A stretch of 64,000 nt of DNA from Marinicella sp. Its GTDB lineage: Bacteria > Pseudomonadota > Gammaproteobacteria > Xanthomonadales > Marinicellaceae. The stretch lies in NCBI GenBank assembly GCA_965230295.1, contig OZ246001.1:2528001-2592000 (forward strand). Direction: 5' to 3'. The position numbers were made by a program, and so were the translations under genes. Of this stretch, positions 1 to 10,859 are shown one piece after another. Positions within the stretch are counted from its first letter, which is position 1, and the number at the start of each line of letters is the position of its first letter. The notes below the pieces were generated by a model, which was not told where the DNA came from, made no database searches, and worked only from the letters and a program-made list of their open reading frames with translations.

Positions 1-538
1 TTTTTCCCTGGGCCAGACACAGTTGTTTTTCATTCTGGTCAATACCACGATTGGATTCAATTTCGGCCCAATGCGTGGCGCCATAGGGTGATCCACCAGA
101 TTGGGTATATAACAACGATTTTTCAGAATAGGGCAGTCCGACGACCACCATGCCAAAATGTAACAAGGGTATCATCATGTTAATCAAAGTGGTTTCTTGT
201 CCGCCATGTAATGAGGATGCAGTGGCAAAAACCCCGCCAGGTTTACCTTCCATGGCACCAGAAAACCAGAGGTTGCCAGTGGTGTCGATGAATTTTTTCA
301 GTGGGGAGGCCATGTTGCCAAAATAACTGGGACTGCCAAGAAGCAAACCATCACAATCAATCATGTCTTGTTCTGTTACCAATACCTCATCGGGTTCAAC
401 CGCATCCGGTAAATCTGATTCAACGGTGCGCAACATGGCTTCGCAGCCTTCCACAGACTCGATTCCACGAGCCATCAACCGGGCCATTCTTTGGGTGTTG
501 CCACGTTTTGAATAGTACAACACCAGTATTTTGGTCAT
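1..538 (-). CDS. wrbA: NAD(P)H:quinone oxidoreductase WrbA (3' end outside window)
   Basis: Not in the ORF track. Manual minus-strand translation from ATG 538: MTKILVLYYSKRGNTQRMARLMARGIESVEGCEA..., later LGSPSYFGNMASPLK and SSLHGGQETTL flavodoxin motifs; ATGA overlap with the arsC stop. Confidence 0.9.
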   Translation of the reverse strand, partial: MTKILVLYYSKRGNTQRMARLMARGIESVEGCEAMLRTVESDLPDAVEPDEVLVTEQDMIDCDGLLLGSPSYFGNMASPLKKFIDTTGNLWFSGAMEGKPGGVFATASSLHGGQETTLINMMIPLLHFGMVVVGLPYSEKSLLYTQSGGSPYGATHWAEIESNRGIDQNEKQLCLAQGK

Positions 539-885
539 GACCACAGCTCCAGCACATTTTCAGGCGGCCTGCCGATGACTGCTTTGCCTTGATAAGACAC
601 GATGGGTCGTTCTAACACTTTGGGATATTGATGCAGTAGGCTGATGAGTTGATCATCAGTTTGTGCTTCAGCAAAACCGTGTTCTTTGTACGCTGCCTCA
701 TTTTTTCTGAGGATTTCGCTGGCTGACAAGTTCAATTCAGACAGCAGTATTTTGAGTTCAGCTTCAGATGGTGGCGTGTCCAGGTATTTGATCACTTCGA
801 TGTCTGATTGGTGGGCCTCAATGATGGCTAAAGTGGCTCTTGATTTGGAGCATCTTGGGTTGTGGTATATGGTTATTTTTGGCAT
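535..885 (-). CDS. arsC: Arsenate reductase (glutaredoxin), ArsC family
   Basis: HNPRCSKSR, ERPIV and GRPPENV motifs; start placed at MPKITIYHN. Confidence 0.9.
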   Translation of the reverse strand: MPKITIYHNPRCSKSRATLAIIEAHQSDIEVIKYLDTPPSEAELKILLSELNLSASEILRKNEAAYKEHGFAEAQTDDQLISLLHQYPKVLERPIVSYQGKAVIGRPPENVLELWS

Positions 886-982
886 ATGGATTCTGTTGTA
901 TGAAGGGCTCAAAAGCGCTCATTTTAAGCTATAATAACGGGCTTGTCATGCCGCCACTATACACTGTAAATGTCAAAAAAAG

Positions 983-1258
983 ATGAATGATCACAATCAC
1001 ACAGCCAAACAAATTGAACAAGCCCTGATGGCGTGGGGAGCACAGTCTGTTTCAGTCACTGATAATTCACATCTGCATGTCGGCCACGAAGGTGCCAAAT
1101 CCGGTGGAGGTCATTTCGCTGTGGTGGTGGTATCCGATGAGTTCGAAGGTTTGAACAGAATTAAAAGCCACCGTTTGGTTTACCAGCAATTGAATGACTT
1201 GTTTCAAAGCGGCCTCATTCATGCGCTGGAGGTTGAGGCGCAATTGCCGCAGGAATGA
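983..1258 (+). CDS. bolA: BolA family protein
   Basis: DNSHLHVGH, GGGHF, HRLVY and IHAL motifs. Confidence 0.9.
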   Translation: MNDHNHTAKQIEQALMAWGAQSVSVTDNSHLHVGHEGAKSGGGHFAVVVVSDEFEGLNRIKSHRLVYQQLNDLFQSGLIHALEVEAQLPQE

Positions 1259-1283
1259 CCAAACACATAACCGAGGATTGAAT

Positions 1284-2096
1284 ATGAAATATGTTGCCCT
1301 GATACCTGTTCTGATGTTGTTTTTTGGCCTCAGTGCGTGTCAAGACAGTGGAACAGGCCAGGCCATTGAAGATGATTCAAAGGTACTGGCGACTGTGGGG
1401 ACGTATCAAGTGACTCAAGCATACCTGAATGCTTATTTACAAGCCAAAGGCGTCAAACAAGCTGATCAACAACAAGCTGCTCAAGCACTGGATGAAGTCA
1501 TCAAAATGCTGTCATTAGGTCATCAGGCGGAACAATCAGGCATGCAGTTGTCATTGGATCAGTCACTGCGCATTGAACAAACCAGGCATCGGGCCATGGC
1601 ACAAGTGGCCATGGAGCAGTATTTGTTGGACAAGCCAGTGACCGAAGAGGACATCAAGGCAGAATACCAACGGGTCACTGCAGCGCTTCAGGGACAAGAG
1701 TATCACGTACACCATATGTTATTTAATGATGAAGTACCGGCTTTATCAGCCTTGGACCAATTGGCATCGGGCGAAAATTATTTGGCCATTGAACAACAAT
1801 ACTTGGGTGGTTTAGAAAGCCCGAAAAATGTGGGTGACATTGGTTGGGTCAACATCATGCAAGTGCCCGAAGTGTTCCGAGGACCTTTGCAGTCTTTGCA
1901 AGCAGGGCAGTTCCACCCAACCGCATTACAAAGTCAGTTTGGTGTTCATGTATTGTATTTGGCGGATAAAAGACCGTTAACGCCACCAGATTATGAGGCT
2001 GTTAAAGCAGGTATCAAACAGTCCTTAGAAAAAGAAAAACTGGATCGGTATCAACAGTTGGCTGTGATCAAGTCAAAGGCCAAAATAGTTAAGTAA
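1284..2096 (+). CDS. Parvulin/PpiC-type peptidyl-prolyl isomerase, lipoprotein
   Basis: Lipobox LSAC; YHVHHML, GDIGW and SQFGVHV rotamase motifs; GAGG RBS before ATG 1284; follows bolA. Confidence 0.8.
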   Translation: MKYVALIPVLMLFFGLSACQDSGTGQAIEDDSKVLATVGTYQVTQAYLNAYLQAKGVKQADQQQAAQALDEVIKMLSLGHQAEQSGMQLSLDQSLRIEQTRHRAMAQVAMEQYLLDKPVTEEDIKAEYQRVTAALQGQEYHVHHMLFNDEVPALSALDQLASGENYLAIEQQYLGGLESPKNVGDIGWVNIMQVPEVFRGPLQSLQAGQFHPTALQSQFGVHVLYLADKRPLTPPDYEAVKAGIKQSLEKEKLDRYQQLAVIKSKAKIVK

Positions 2097-2113
2097 AACA
2101 ATAACATAAACCC

Positions 2114-2150
2114 AAAAAAAAGACCTCAAGAAGGGATGCTCTTGGGACTT
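2114..2150 (-). terminator. Probable intrinsic terminator of the rpsU-dnaG-rpoD transcript
   Basis: Imperfect hairpin followed by a T7 run on the minus strand. Confidence 0.5.
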
Positions 2151-2160
2151 CATTCTGGTT

Positions 2161-2385
2161 CATGGTCTGACAGGTCTTCATATTTGCTGCGCAAATAAAC
2201 CGACCTTTACAGACTATTGTCTGAGCAGTTGCTTCGCACTGCATGTCTGTTTCTGACAAAGATGAAAGCGGCCACGGCGAGCATAAATTGCCTCCTCGGG
2301 CTTGCTCTCTCTGATTCGCTATCGCTGCTCACCAACCAAGTGCAGCAGCAGAGCTGTTAATCAGCTCTACAGTGGCCTTTTCTTT
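2161..2385. repeat. Multi-hairpin REP-like or structured intergenic element downstream of rpoD
   Basis: Nested inverted repeats (tggtctg/cagacta, aggtc/gacct, tatttgc/gcaaata, gcagt/actgc, gagctg/cagctc, ggccac/gtggcc) with GCT(N)CGC apices. Confidence 0.45.
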
Positions 2386-2401
2386 GACTTGGCGTGTTGT
2401 A

Positions 2402-4219
2402 TTAATTCAAATCCATAAAACTGCGCAGCTGTTCTGAACGACTGGGGTGTCTCAGTTTACGCAAAGCCTTGGCTTCGATTTGTCGGATCCTTTCACGGGT
2501 CACATCGAACTGCTTGCCCACTTCTTCAAGCGTGTGGTCGGTGTTCATGTCAATCCCAAAACGCATGCGCAACACTTTTGCTTCTCTGGGGGTTAAGCCT
2601 GATAACAGGTTGGTCACGGTGTTGGTTAAGCCGTTGGCAGTGGTTGATTCCAATGGCGATAAGATGTTGCCGTCTTCAATAAAGTCTCCCAAGCTGGAAT
2701 CTTCATCATCACCAATCGGGGTCTCCATCGAAATGGGTTGTTTGGCAATCTTAATCACTTTACGGACTTTACCAACAGGCATTTCCATCACTTCTGCAAT
2801 TTCTTCAGGGGTGGCTTCACGTCCTTTTTCCTGTAACAGTTGGCGCGAAACGCGGTTCAGTTTGTTGATGGTTTCAATCATGTGTACTGGAATACGAATG
2901 GTTCGGGCCTGATCTGCAATAGAGCGTGTGATGGCCTGTCTGATCCACCAGGTGGCATAGGTTGAAAATTTATAACCACGGCGGTATTCAAATTTTTCAA
3001 CGGCTTTCATCAAACCAATGTTGCCTTCTTGAATCAGATCAAGGAATTGTAATCCGCGGTTGGTGTATTTTTTCGCAATCGAAATCACCAGTCGCAAGTT
3101 CGCTTCAATCATCTCTTTTTTCGCACGCCTTGATTTGGCTTCATTCACAGTGACATTCCTGTTGATGGCTTTGATCTCTGGAATCAGCAAAGTATAGGCT
3201 TGTTCGATGCGAATCAATTTGTTTTGTAGTGCGATGATCTCGTCTTTGTAGATTTCCAACATGGTGACTGAATCACCGCCATCTTTGATGCGGTCATCGA
3301 CCCAGTTCAGATCTGTTTCCTTGTTCATGAAAGAACGGATGAACACCTGCCTGGTCAATTTACATTGAGTCACTGCGATGTCTAAAATGCGACGCTCAAT
3401 CTTTCTGATTTCATCTTGTGCAGATTTCACATCAAAAATAATGTCCTGCATGGTAATCGGTGCAAATTTAAACTCCACCAATATGTCAGCAATCTGACGC
3501 ATGAAGTTTTTCTGTTTGGTGTCACCAATGCCCGCTTTATCCACCGAAGTGGTGAATTTTTTGAATAATTTTTCCACGGCCTTGATGCGTTTGGTCACTT
3601 CATCCATATCCAGGCCTTGATCGACTTCCTCTTCTTCCTCATCTTCAGTTTCATCCACTGGGTCAGTGGGCTTTTTGACTTTAGGAATCACCGCTTCGGT
3701 GTGAGGATCATAAATATCCGTGATGAATTGTTCAATCTTCAAGTCTTCGTTGAGCATGTCCTGGTAATACTCAAGGATGGTCTTGATGGTGTGCGGGAAT
3801 AAGAAGGCCGATTCCATAATCAGGTGGTCACAGCGCTCAATGCGCTGGGCAATGGCAATCTCATCTTTTCGTTCCAGCAGCTCTACAGAGCCCATTTCTC
3901 GCATGTACATCCTGACAGGATCGGTGGTTCGACCGATGCTGGGATCTACAGCTGACAATACGGCCACCGCTTCTTCAGTGGCGGTTTCATCATCTTCTTT
4001 GGCTGTTGAGTCGTTGAGGATGATGCTGTCTTCCTCTGGCGCTTCTTCCAGCACTTGAATGCCCATGTCATTGATCATCTGGATGATGTCTTCAACTGAA
4101 TCAGTTTCAATGATGTCGTCCGGTAAGTGGTCATTAACCTCAGCATATGTGAGGTAGCCTTGTTCCTTACCTTTGAGGATCAAGAGTTTGATTTGTGAAG
4201 TTTGTTTTTCAGTTGCCAT
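2402..4219 (-). CDS. rpoD: RNA polymerase sigma-70 factor
   Basis: [32 protein letters not shown] and [17 protein letters not shown] motifs. Confidence 0.99.
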   Translation of the reverse strand: MATEKQTSQIKLLILKGKEQGYLTYAEVNDHLPDDIIETDSVEDIIQMINDMGIQVLEEAPEEDSIILNDSTAKEDDETATEEAVAVLSAVDPSIGRTTDPVRMYMREMGSVELLERKDEIAIAQRIERCDHLIMESAFLFPHTIKTILEYYQDMLNEDLKIEQFITDIYDPHTEAVIPKVKKPTDPVDETEDEEEEEVDQGLDMDEVTKRIKAVEKLFKKFTTSVDKAGIGDTKQKNFMRQIADILVEFKFAPITMQDIIFDVKSAQDEIRKIERRILDIAVTQCKLTRQVFIRSFMNKETDLNWVDDRIKDGGDSVTMLEIYKDEIIALQNKLIRIEQAYTLLIPEIKAINRNVTVNEAKSRRAKKEMIEANLRLVISIAKKYTNRGLQFLDLIQEGNIGLMKAVEKFEYRRGYKFSTYATWWIRQAITRSIADQARTIRIPVHMIETINKLNRVSRQLLQEKGREATPEEIAEVMEMPVGKVRKVIKIAKQPISMETPIGDDEDSSLGDFIEDGNILSPLESTTANGLTNTVTNLLSGLTPREAKVLRMRFGIDMNTDHTLEEVGKQFDVTRERIRQIEAKALRKLRHPSRSEQLRSFMDLN

Positions 4220-4229
4220 ATCGTATTTT

Positions 4230-5927
4230 CTATTCTTTGGTTTTTAGGCGCAAAAGTTGCACCAGGGTTTGTTTTTCAGCGTTGCTTAAACCTGATTGCA
4301 TTTGTTTCTGTCTTAAATGTTCGATTCGCACTTGAGAAGTTTGTTTTTGCAAAAAACTCATGATGTCATCAAATTCCAGGTGTTTTTGTTGTTCGTCCAA
4401 GTGATCGTACAACCGCATTAAATGCCCTAAATACCGATTGTACTCAGAATCCCTGAAATGTTCCATCATCGCCGCTGCATTGATTTGGGGGTTCTGGCGA
4501 TGAATTTCAACGATTTTATCAATTATTTCAATGCCTTTAAACGATAAAATGCTGAAGTTGATGTCATTGGGGATTTTTTCACATAATTGTGGTGAATTTA
4601 ATAATAAGCTGATGACTTTCCGCAGTGGGTTGTCATCCATTGAATTTGACTGAGTGGTTGGTTTTTTTGTTTGGTTGGATGGGGTTAGTGACATGCCAGT
4701 TATTTGTGCCACTTGGGCGGCCATCATTTTTTTGAATGCCCCTTTAGGTAACTGGTTGATGTAGGCTTTAGACTTTTCCTGCATCTGGGCTTTGCCGTCA
4801 ATACTGTTGGTGTTGATGTTGCGACCAATGATCTGTAGCAGAAATTCAGAAAGCGGTTTGGCTTGGCTGAGTATTTGTTTGAAGGCATCTGCACCTTGAT
4901 CGCTCACAAAACTGTCCGGATCCTCTCCTTGTGGTAGGAATAAAAAGTCGATGATTTTATTGTCCAGGTATAGTGGCAATGCCGTATTTAAGGCTTTTTC
5001 TGCTGCTTGAACCCCTGCGGCATCCCCATCGAAACAAAATACAATGCGGTCCCAAACTTTGAACAGGTTGCTGATGTGTTGCGCTGAAGTGGCGGTTCCC
5101 AAGGTGGCCACTGCGTTACAAATACCCTTTTCATGCAGCGCAATGACATCCATGTACCCTTCAACCACCAGGATGTGGTCTTCATTGCTGTGTTTGCGGG
5201 CCAAATGATAGCCATACAACTCATTGCCCTTGTGAAATAGATCAGTTTCTGGTGAGTTCAAGTATTTGGGTTTTTGGTCTGCTTCAATGGCCCGTCCACC
5301 AAAAGCAATCACCCTGCCACGTTTATCATGAATAGGAAACATCAGCCGGTTTCTGAATTTGTCGTATGTGCGTCCTTGATCGTTTTGTGTCGTCAACCCA
5401 GTTCGTTTCAATAATTCAGATTCGGTTTGATCAAACCTTTTCATCAGCCCGTCCCATTGATTCAAGGCATAGCCCAGTTGAAAAGTGTGGCTGGTGGTGC
5501 CCGATATTTGGCGGCCCTTAAGGTATTCAATGACTTGGGGAGCGGATTTGAGTTGCTGCTGATAGATGCGGGTGGTTTTCTCAGTCACCGCATATAAATT
5601 GGTTTTTGGCCGCTGACCAGCCTGGTTGGCTGACGCTGGAACTTCCATGCCTGCCAGTTGGGCCAGGTCTTTTACGGCATCAACAAAATCCAGACCCTCA
5701 TATTCCATCAAGAAGCCAATGGCACTGCCATTCTTGCCACAACCAAAACAATGGTAAAACTGTTTTTGTTGGCTGACTGTGAATGAGGGTGTGTTTTCGG
5801 CGTGGAAAGGGCATAAGCCCGCATAATCTTTGCCGGCTTTTTTCAATGACACGCGTGCGCCAACGACGTCACAAATGTCAATGCGATCAAGTAAAGAGTC
5901 TATGAATTCGTTGGGTATGGACGCCAC
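4230..5927 (-). CDS. dnaG: DNA primase
   Basis: CPFH...CFGC zinc finger, [13 protein letters not shown] and FDGD TOPRIM motifs. Confidence 0.98.
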   Translation of the reverse strand: MASIPNEFIDSLLDRIDICDVVGARVSLKKAGKDYAGLCPFHAENTPSFTVSQQKQFYHCFGCGKNGSAIGFLMEYEGLDFVDAVKDLAQLAGMEVPASANQAGQRPKTNLYAVTEKTTRIYQQQLKSAPQVIEYLKGRQISGTTSHTFQLGYALNQWDGLMKRFDQTESELLKRTGLTTQNDQGRTYDKFRNRLMFPIHDKRGRVIAFGGRAIEADQKPKYLNSPETDLFHKGNELYGYHLARKHSNEDHILVVEGYMDVIALHEKGICNAVATLGTATSAQHISNLFKVWDRIVFCFDGDAAGVQAAEKALNTALPLYLDNKIIDFLFLPQGEDPDSFVSDQGADAFKQILSQAKPLSEFLLQIIGRNINTNSIDGKAQMQEKSKAYINQLPKGAFKKMMAAQVAQITGMSLTPSNQTKKPTTQSNSMDDNPLRKVISLLLNSPQLCEKIPNDINFSILSFKGIEIIDKIVEIHRQNPQINAAAMMEHFRDSEYNRYLGHLMRLYDHLDEQQKHLEFDDIMSFLQKQTSQVRIEHLRQKQMQSGLSNAEKQTLVQLLRLKTKE

Positions 5928-5970
5928 TTTAATTACGCGGTCAAACCAATGATGATACTACAAATGTGGA

Positions 5971-6414
5971 TTATGACAAAGCCGCTTTGACAATTTGACT
6001 GACTTGGCCCATATCGGCCTGGCCAGCCACTTTGGCTTTTGCTAAGCCCATCACCTTACCCATGTCTTGCATCCCTGCAGCACCGGTTTCAGTGATGATC
6101 TCTTTGACCAAAGAGGTGACGGCTTCAGCTGAGAGTTGTTCTGGTAAATAGTTATTCAGGGTGTCAATCTCAGCCAATTCTTTATTTTGCAGGTCATCTC
6201 GTCCTGCTTGAGCAAACTGTTCCGCAGCATCCTTGCGTTGTTTGATCATTTTACTGACGATCGAAAGTACATCACTGTCACTTAATTCACGACGCTCATC
6301 CACTTCAACTTGTTTGATGGCAGCAGTGAGCATGCGAATGGTGCCAACGGTTTCTTTGTCCTTGGCTTTCATTGCGCTTTTGATGTCGTTCATGATTTGC
6401 GCTTTAAGCGACAT
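5971..6414 (-). CDS. GatB/YqeY domain protein
   Basis: KSAMKAKDK, YLPEQLS and DMGKVMG motifs; canonical position between rpsU and dnaG. Confidence 0.95.
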   Translation of the reverse strand: MSLKAQIMNDIKSAMKAKDKETVGTIRMLTAAIKQVEVDERRELSDSDVLSIVSKMIKQRKDAAEQFAQAGRDDLQNKELAEIDTLNNYLPEQLSAEAVTSLVKEIITETGAAGMQDMGKVMGLAKAKVAGQADMGQVSQIVKAALS

Positions 6415-6459
6415 GATGCATTTCCTGTGATCGATGTTTGGATATTGATAAAAAATTTA

Positions 6460-6672
6460 TCAATACATTCTGCGAGGAATACCTTCCTTTGCAACACGTC
6501 TTTGTAAACGTTTGACGGCCGCTGCTTTTTTGCGTTTTCTTTCTTGCGTTGGCTTCTCGTAATATTGACGTTTGCGTGATTCTGCTAATACACCGGCTTT
6601 TTCACAGGCGCGTTTGAATCGTCTTAAAGCGAAATCAAACGGTTCATTGTCTCTAACTTTTACACTAGGCAT
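6460..6672 (-). CDS. rpsU: 30S ribosomal protein S21
   Basis: [13 protein letters not shown]...YEKPT. Confidence 0.99.
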   Translation of the reverse strand: MPSVKVRDNEPFDFALRRFKRACEKAGVLAESRKRQYYEKPTQERKRKKAAAVKRLQRRVAKEGIPRRMY

Positions 6673-6928
6673 AAGTTTTGTGTCTCCAAATCGTTGCCAT
6701 TATTGGCTTTATCTGTATGTTTTAAGCGGCCCTCTGAGCTGCTCGGAAAAAGACCGCGTATTTTAAGGGTTTTGTGCCCAATTGCAAAGGTAAAATCAGT
6801 TTTTTTTGTGGGTCTGTCAATTTCTGTGAAATGAAACGGCCTCTGGCCCCAGGCGGTGGTATTGGTTGTTGTGATCAATTAAAATGCAAGGCAGCAAAAA
6901 ATTACGGGATTATACCTTATATATACGC

Positions 6929-7612
6929 ATGACTAACATGGCTGAAAACTATCAAAGTGTAAAGGATCGGGTAGAGGCGGCTTGTCAGGCAGCTGCACGC
7001 TCTGTTACCCCTGATTTGTTGGCAGTGAGTAAAAAACACAGCGAACAAAAAATAGCCGCTTTGGCCGCCTTGGGTCAGCATTCGTTTGGCGAAAGTTATG
7101 CCCAAGAGGGGGTTGAAAAAATCAACCACCTCAAACATTTAAATTTGGTGTGGCATTTCATTGGCCCGATCCAGTCAAACAAAACCAAAGTGATCGCTGA
7201 AAGTTTTGATTGGGTTCAATCTGTCGATCGAATGAAGGTTTTAAAACGACTGGGGCAACAACGACCAGAAGGAAAGCCGCCATTGAATGTATTGCTACAA
7301 GTCAAAATAGGTCATGAAGACAGCAAGTCTGGTGCCAATGTGAGTGAAGTCATGGCGATGGCAGCCATGTTTGATCAATACGAATCCCTAAAACTCAGGG
7401 GATTGATGTGTATCCCACCACCCAGTGATGACAGCGAAACTCAAATCGGCTACTTTCTTCAAGCCAAAAGGGTTTTTGATGAACTACAAGTGGCCAATCC
7501 AGAAGTGGATACATTGTCTATGGGCATGAGCGGTGATTTAGAGTCCGCCATCATGACGGGCTCGACCATGGTTCGGGTGGGAACAGATTTGTTTGGAGTG
7601 AGGCCGTCTTAA
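6929..7612 (+). CDS. yggS: PLP homeostasis protein YggS
   Basis: LLAVSK, FGESYAQE, WHFIGPIQSNK and LSMGMSGD motifs. Confidence 0.96.
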   Translation: MTNMAENYQSVKDRVEAACQAAARSVTPDLLAVSKKHSEQKIAALAALGQHSFGESYAQEGVEKINHLKHLNLVWHFIGPIQSNKTKVIAESFDWVQSVDRMKVLKRLGQQRPEGKPPLNVLLQVKIGHEDSKSGANVSEVMAMAAMFDQYESLKLRGLMCIPPPSDDSETQIGYFLQAKRVFDELQVANPEVDTLSMGMSGDLESAIMTGSTMVRVGTDLFGVRPS

Positions 7613-7848
7613 AAAACGGTCCAGTTCATTTTCCACCAATCTAAAAACTCATCAAAATCTATTTGTTCGTTTTGATCAACATCAATGGTGGCAAAGCCGC
7701 GCACAGCATTGTCCTGGCTGGCTTCAGGCGCCAATATTTTAAGTAATTGGCAAAATTCATCCAGGTCAATCAGACCGCTGCCATCCTTATCAAAAAAGTC
7801 AAAGTGGTCTTTAATTTCTACAATTTCTTCTTGGCTCAGTTGTGACAT
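7609..7848 (-). CDS. Small two-EF-hand calcium-binding protein
   Basis: Loops DKDGSGLIDLDE and DVDQNEQIDFDE. Confidence 0.88.
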   Translation of the reverse strand: MSQLSQEEIVEIKDHFDFFDKDGSGLIDLDEFCQLLKILAPEASQDNAVRGFATIDVDQNEQIDFDEFLDWWKMNWTVF

Positions 7849-8009
7849 GTTTGTGTGATTGTTTACGCTTATTAATGGGCGTATTATAAAGCCAAATGAA
7901 TTAATTTTGCAGCATTAAAACTCGCCGGATTGTTATTGACAGTAAGGAATGCCCTTTGGGATTGAATTATTGTGTTAAAATCGCGCCACTTTTTTTATTG
8001 GAAATGACC

Positions 8010-9101
8010 ATGGGTTTTAAATGTGGCATTGTTGGCCTGCCAAATGTTGGAAAATCGACCTTGTTTAATGCGTTGACCAAAGCGGAAATTGCAGCGGAAA
8101 ATTATCCGTTTTGTACCATCGATCCCAATGTGGGTATAGTTGAAGTACCTGACCCTCGACTGGAACAATTGGCAGGTATAGTCAACCCCCAAAAAACCAT
8201 ACCTACCACCATGGAATTTGTTGACATAGCTGGTTTGGTTGCAGGTGCATCCAAAGGTGAGGGACTGGGCAACCAATTCCTGTCACACATCAGGGAAACC
8301 GATGCCATCGCTCATGTGGCCAGGTGTTTTGAGGATGATGATGTGGTCCATGTCGACGGCACCATTAACCCATTGTCTGACATTGAAACGATCAACACCG
8401 AGTTGGCCTTGGCTGATCTTGAGTCTGCAGAAAAGTCACTGGTCAGGACGCAAAAGAAAACCCGGTCTGGTGACAAAGATGCCGTTAAAAGGGCTGCTAT
8501 TTTGGAAAAAATTGTCAGTCATTTGTCAGAGGGTATGCCTTTGAGAACTTTGGATTTGGCCATTGAAGAGTGGGAAGCGGTCAAAGAGTTTTCATTCATC
8601 ACTGCAAAACCGATGATGTACATTGCCAACGTTGATGATCAAGGGTTTGAAAACAATCCGTTGTTGGATACCTTGAATCAATTCGCATCCGACGAGGGCG
8701 CTTTGGTGGTACCAGTGTGTGCTGCCATTGAAGCCGAGATCGCCTTACTTGATGAAGAAGACAAGGCAGAATTTTTGACTGAAATGGGTCTTGAGGAAGC
8801 TGGACTGAATCGAGTCATTCGTGCCGGTTATGAATTGTTGGGATTGAACACTTATTTTACTGCAGGAGTCAAAGAAGTGCGTGCCTGGACTTTTGTAAAA
8901 GGTGCCACAGCGCCTCAAGCAGCAGGGGTCATTCATACTGATTTTGAGAAAGGTTTTATTCGAGCCGAAACCATGGCATTTGATGATTTCATTCAGTTTA
9001 ACGGTGAAGCCGGCTGTAAAGAAGCGGGTAAACTGCGCTTAGAGGGTAAAGAATATTTGGTCAAAGAAGGGGATGTTTTGCATTTCCGTTTCAACGTGTA
9101 A
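8010..9101 (+). CDS. ychF: Redox-regulated ATPase YchF
   Basis: [25 protein letters not shown] and C-terminal TGS ending FRFNV. Confidence 0.98.
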   Translation: MGFKCGIVGLPNVGKSTLFNALTKAEIAAENYPFCTIDPNVGIVEVPDPRLEQLAGIVNPQKTIPTTMEFVDIAGLVAGASKGEGLGNQFLSHIRETDAIAHVARCFEDDDVVHVDGTINPLSDIETINTELALADLESAEKSLVRTQKKTRSGDKDAVKRAAILEKIVSHLSEGMPLRTLDLAIEEWEAVKEFSFITAKPMMYIANVDDQGFENNPLLDTLNQFASDEGALVVPVCAAIEAEIALLDEEDKAEFLTEMGLEEAGLNRVIRAGYELLGLNTYFTAGVKEVRAWTFVKGATAPQAAGVIHTDFEKGFIRAETMAFDDFIQFNGEAGCKEAGKLRLEGKEYLVKEGDVLHFRFNV

Positions 9102-9111
9102 AAGGATTTCT

Positions 9112-9430
9112 GCGCAGCCACTTCTTTTGCTGACGCAAAAACCGTAACTGCTGCGAAGGCTTTGAATGAGTTGACTGCTGACTCGCTGGGCTCGCCAACG
9201 GTCAACATGTGGTATAGACTACAGCGCAGTCACTTCTTGGCCTACAGGACGTAGGTCCATCGCGTAAGCAGGATGCTGAAAACGATGTAATGCTTTCGCA
9301 AAAAACCGTAACGACTCCAATGTATACCATGGTCACAGCTGCTGAAAAGCTGCGCTTTCCAATGGCTGTTCGCTGACCAAGTACTCCGAAGGCCTTGAAT
9401 GAGTTGACTGCTGACTCGTTGAGCGTGACA
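9112..9430. repeat. Tandemly duplicated modular intergenic repeat (REP-like mosaic)
   Basis: Modules repeated in the same order: gcgcagYcacttctt (9112, 9224), cgcaaaaa(a)ccgtaac (9134, 9297), cgaaggcYttgaatgagttgactgctgactcgYtg (9154, 9387). Confidence 0.75.
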
Positions 9431-9458
9431 GTTGTTGATCTGGCATATCCAAAGGCAT

Positions 9459-9493
9459 AAAAAAAGCCAACCTCAATGAATTGGGGTTGGCTT
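9459..9493 (-). terminator. Intrinsic terminator of the PQQ-dehydrogenase gene (possibly bidirectional)
   Basis: AAGCCAACCTCAAT/ATTGGGGTTGGCTT stem with a T7 tail on the minus strand. Confidence 0.75.
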
Positions 9494-9518
9494 GGTGTCG
9501 ATGCACAAATTAAATCAA

Positions 9519-10850
9519 CTACTCAAAGTCATCGGCAAATATGTAATCGTTGTCAGTGATTTGAACCACTTGAGAATTATTCACATAATACAAATTTCCA
9601 ACTTCGTCTTCACCAAATCCCCTGACATTTGAAAATGTATCAGCAAGGAAGGCAAAGCCACTCCAAGTACCGCCGTTGTTAACGCTCCAATACAAGTCGC
9701 CGGTACAAAAATCAGCATAAACGTAAGTGCCTTGCCAGGTGGTCTCAGGTCCGCGGTAGGGAAATCCGCCGATGACTGAGCAACCAATTGGGTAGTCTAT
9801 CACTGGATCCACACGTTCGTTATCTGGAATGGTGCAGGTGATGTCCTGGTCCGGATTCAAAATGTTGCCTTCGTAACAGACCCAACCGTAATTCTCACCA
9901 CCATTTGATGTGGCTGGTTGGTAATTAACTTCTTCTCTGGCACTTTGTCCAACGTCGCCGATGAACAAATCTCCTGTGTCTCGGTCAAAACCCCAACGGT
10001 AAGGGTTTCTTAAACCCCAGGCCCATATTTCACCGCAGTCGTTGTCTTGATCACTGAATGGGTTGTCTACAGGGATGCTGTAATTGAGCCCTTCGCCACA
10101 GGCGTCGCTGACATTGTTGCCCGTGCTGTCAACATCTATTCTGAGCATGGCTCCCAACAAGGCCAGTGAATCGGCGTTGCCACCTTGGTTCAAGAATGAC
10201 TGATCGATGTTGCAATTTTCTCCATCAATACCTGTGCCAAGGAAAATGTCGTCGGGATCTTTGGTTTGGCCCCGGTCACAAGGGTCATTGCCGTCACCAC
10301 CGTCACCCAGTCCAATATACAAATAACCATCGCTTGGGCTGAAGTGAATGTCCCCGCCGTTGTGGTTACCAAAGTCTTGATCAATACTGATGATCTTTAA
10401 CTCTGACTGGTCATCCGCTACATTGGGGTTTCCGGCACTTACGGAAAATCTGGAAACCATCGTGTCATTTGAAGTGTTGGTGTAATAGACATAGAAAAAT
10501 CCATTCACAGCATAGTTGGGGTGGAAGGCCAAGCCCAATAATCCCCGTTCTCCCGAGCCGTTTGTCAAAGTATCAATGTCGAGGAATGGGGTTGCTAAAG
10601 TACTGCCGTTTTCAATGACTTTGATCAACCCTCCTTGCTCAACCACAAACAGCCTGTTGCTACCGTCTCCGGCATTTCTGACTGCAACAGCATCACTGAA
10701 ACCGCCTTCAAGAACAGTTAAAACAGGATCCAGCGGGGGTGGGTCTCCGGCCTGTGACCCGTTTGACAAACCCAGAAAAATGATCATTGCGACGAAAAGG
10801 GACCGCCGGTGAAGTGTGATGTGTGGTTTTGTTTTATTCAATGATGCCAT
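9519..10850 (-). CDS. Secreted PQQ-dependent glucose/sorbosone dehydrogenase family protein
   Basis: Signal peptide; ERGLLGLAFHP, NHNGG, WGLRNPYR and GDVGQ motifs; C-terminal DYIFADDFE. Confidence 0.9.
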   Translation of the reverse strand: MASLNKTKPHITLHRRSLFVAMIIFLGLSNGSQAGDPPPLDPVLTVLEGGFSDAVAVRNAGDGSNRLFVVEQGGLIKVIENGSTLATPFLDIDTLTNGSGERGLLGLAFHPNYAVNGFFYVYYTNTSNDTMVSRFSVSAGNPNVADDQSELKIISIDQDFGNHNGGDIHFSPSDGYLYIGLGDGGDGNDPCDRGQTKDPDDIFLGTGIDGENCNIDQSFLNQGGNADSLALLGAMLRIDVDSTGNNVSDACGEGLNYSIPVDNPFSDQDNDCGEIWAWGLRNPYRWGFDRDTGDLFIGDVGQSAREEVNYQPATSNGGENYGWVCYEGNILNPDQDITCTIPDNERVDPVIDYPIGCSVIGGFPYRGPETTWQGTYVYADFCTGDLYWSVNNGGTWSGFAFLADTFSNVRGFGEDEVGNLYYVNNSQVVQITDNDYIFADDFE

Positions 10851-10859
10851 GTGATTTCG

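Noticed and set aside
2100-2400. tRNA downstream of rpoD
   Set aside because: No T-loop GTTCRA, acceptor stem or CCA pattern found on either strand
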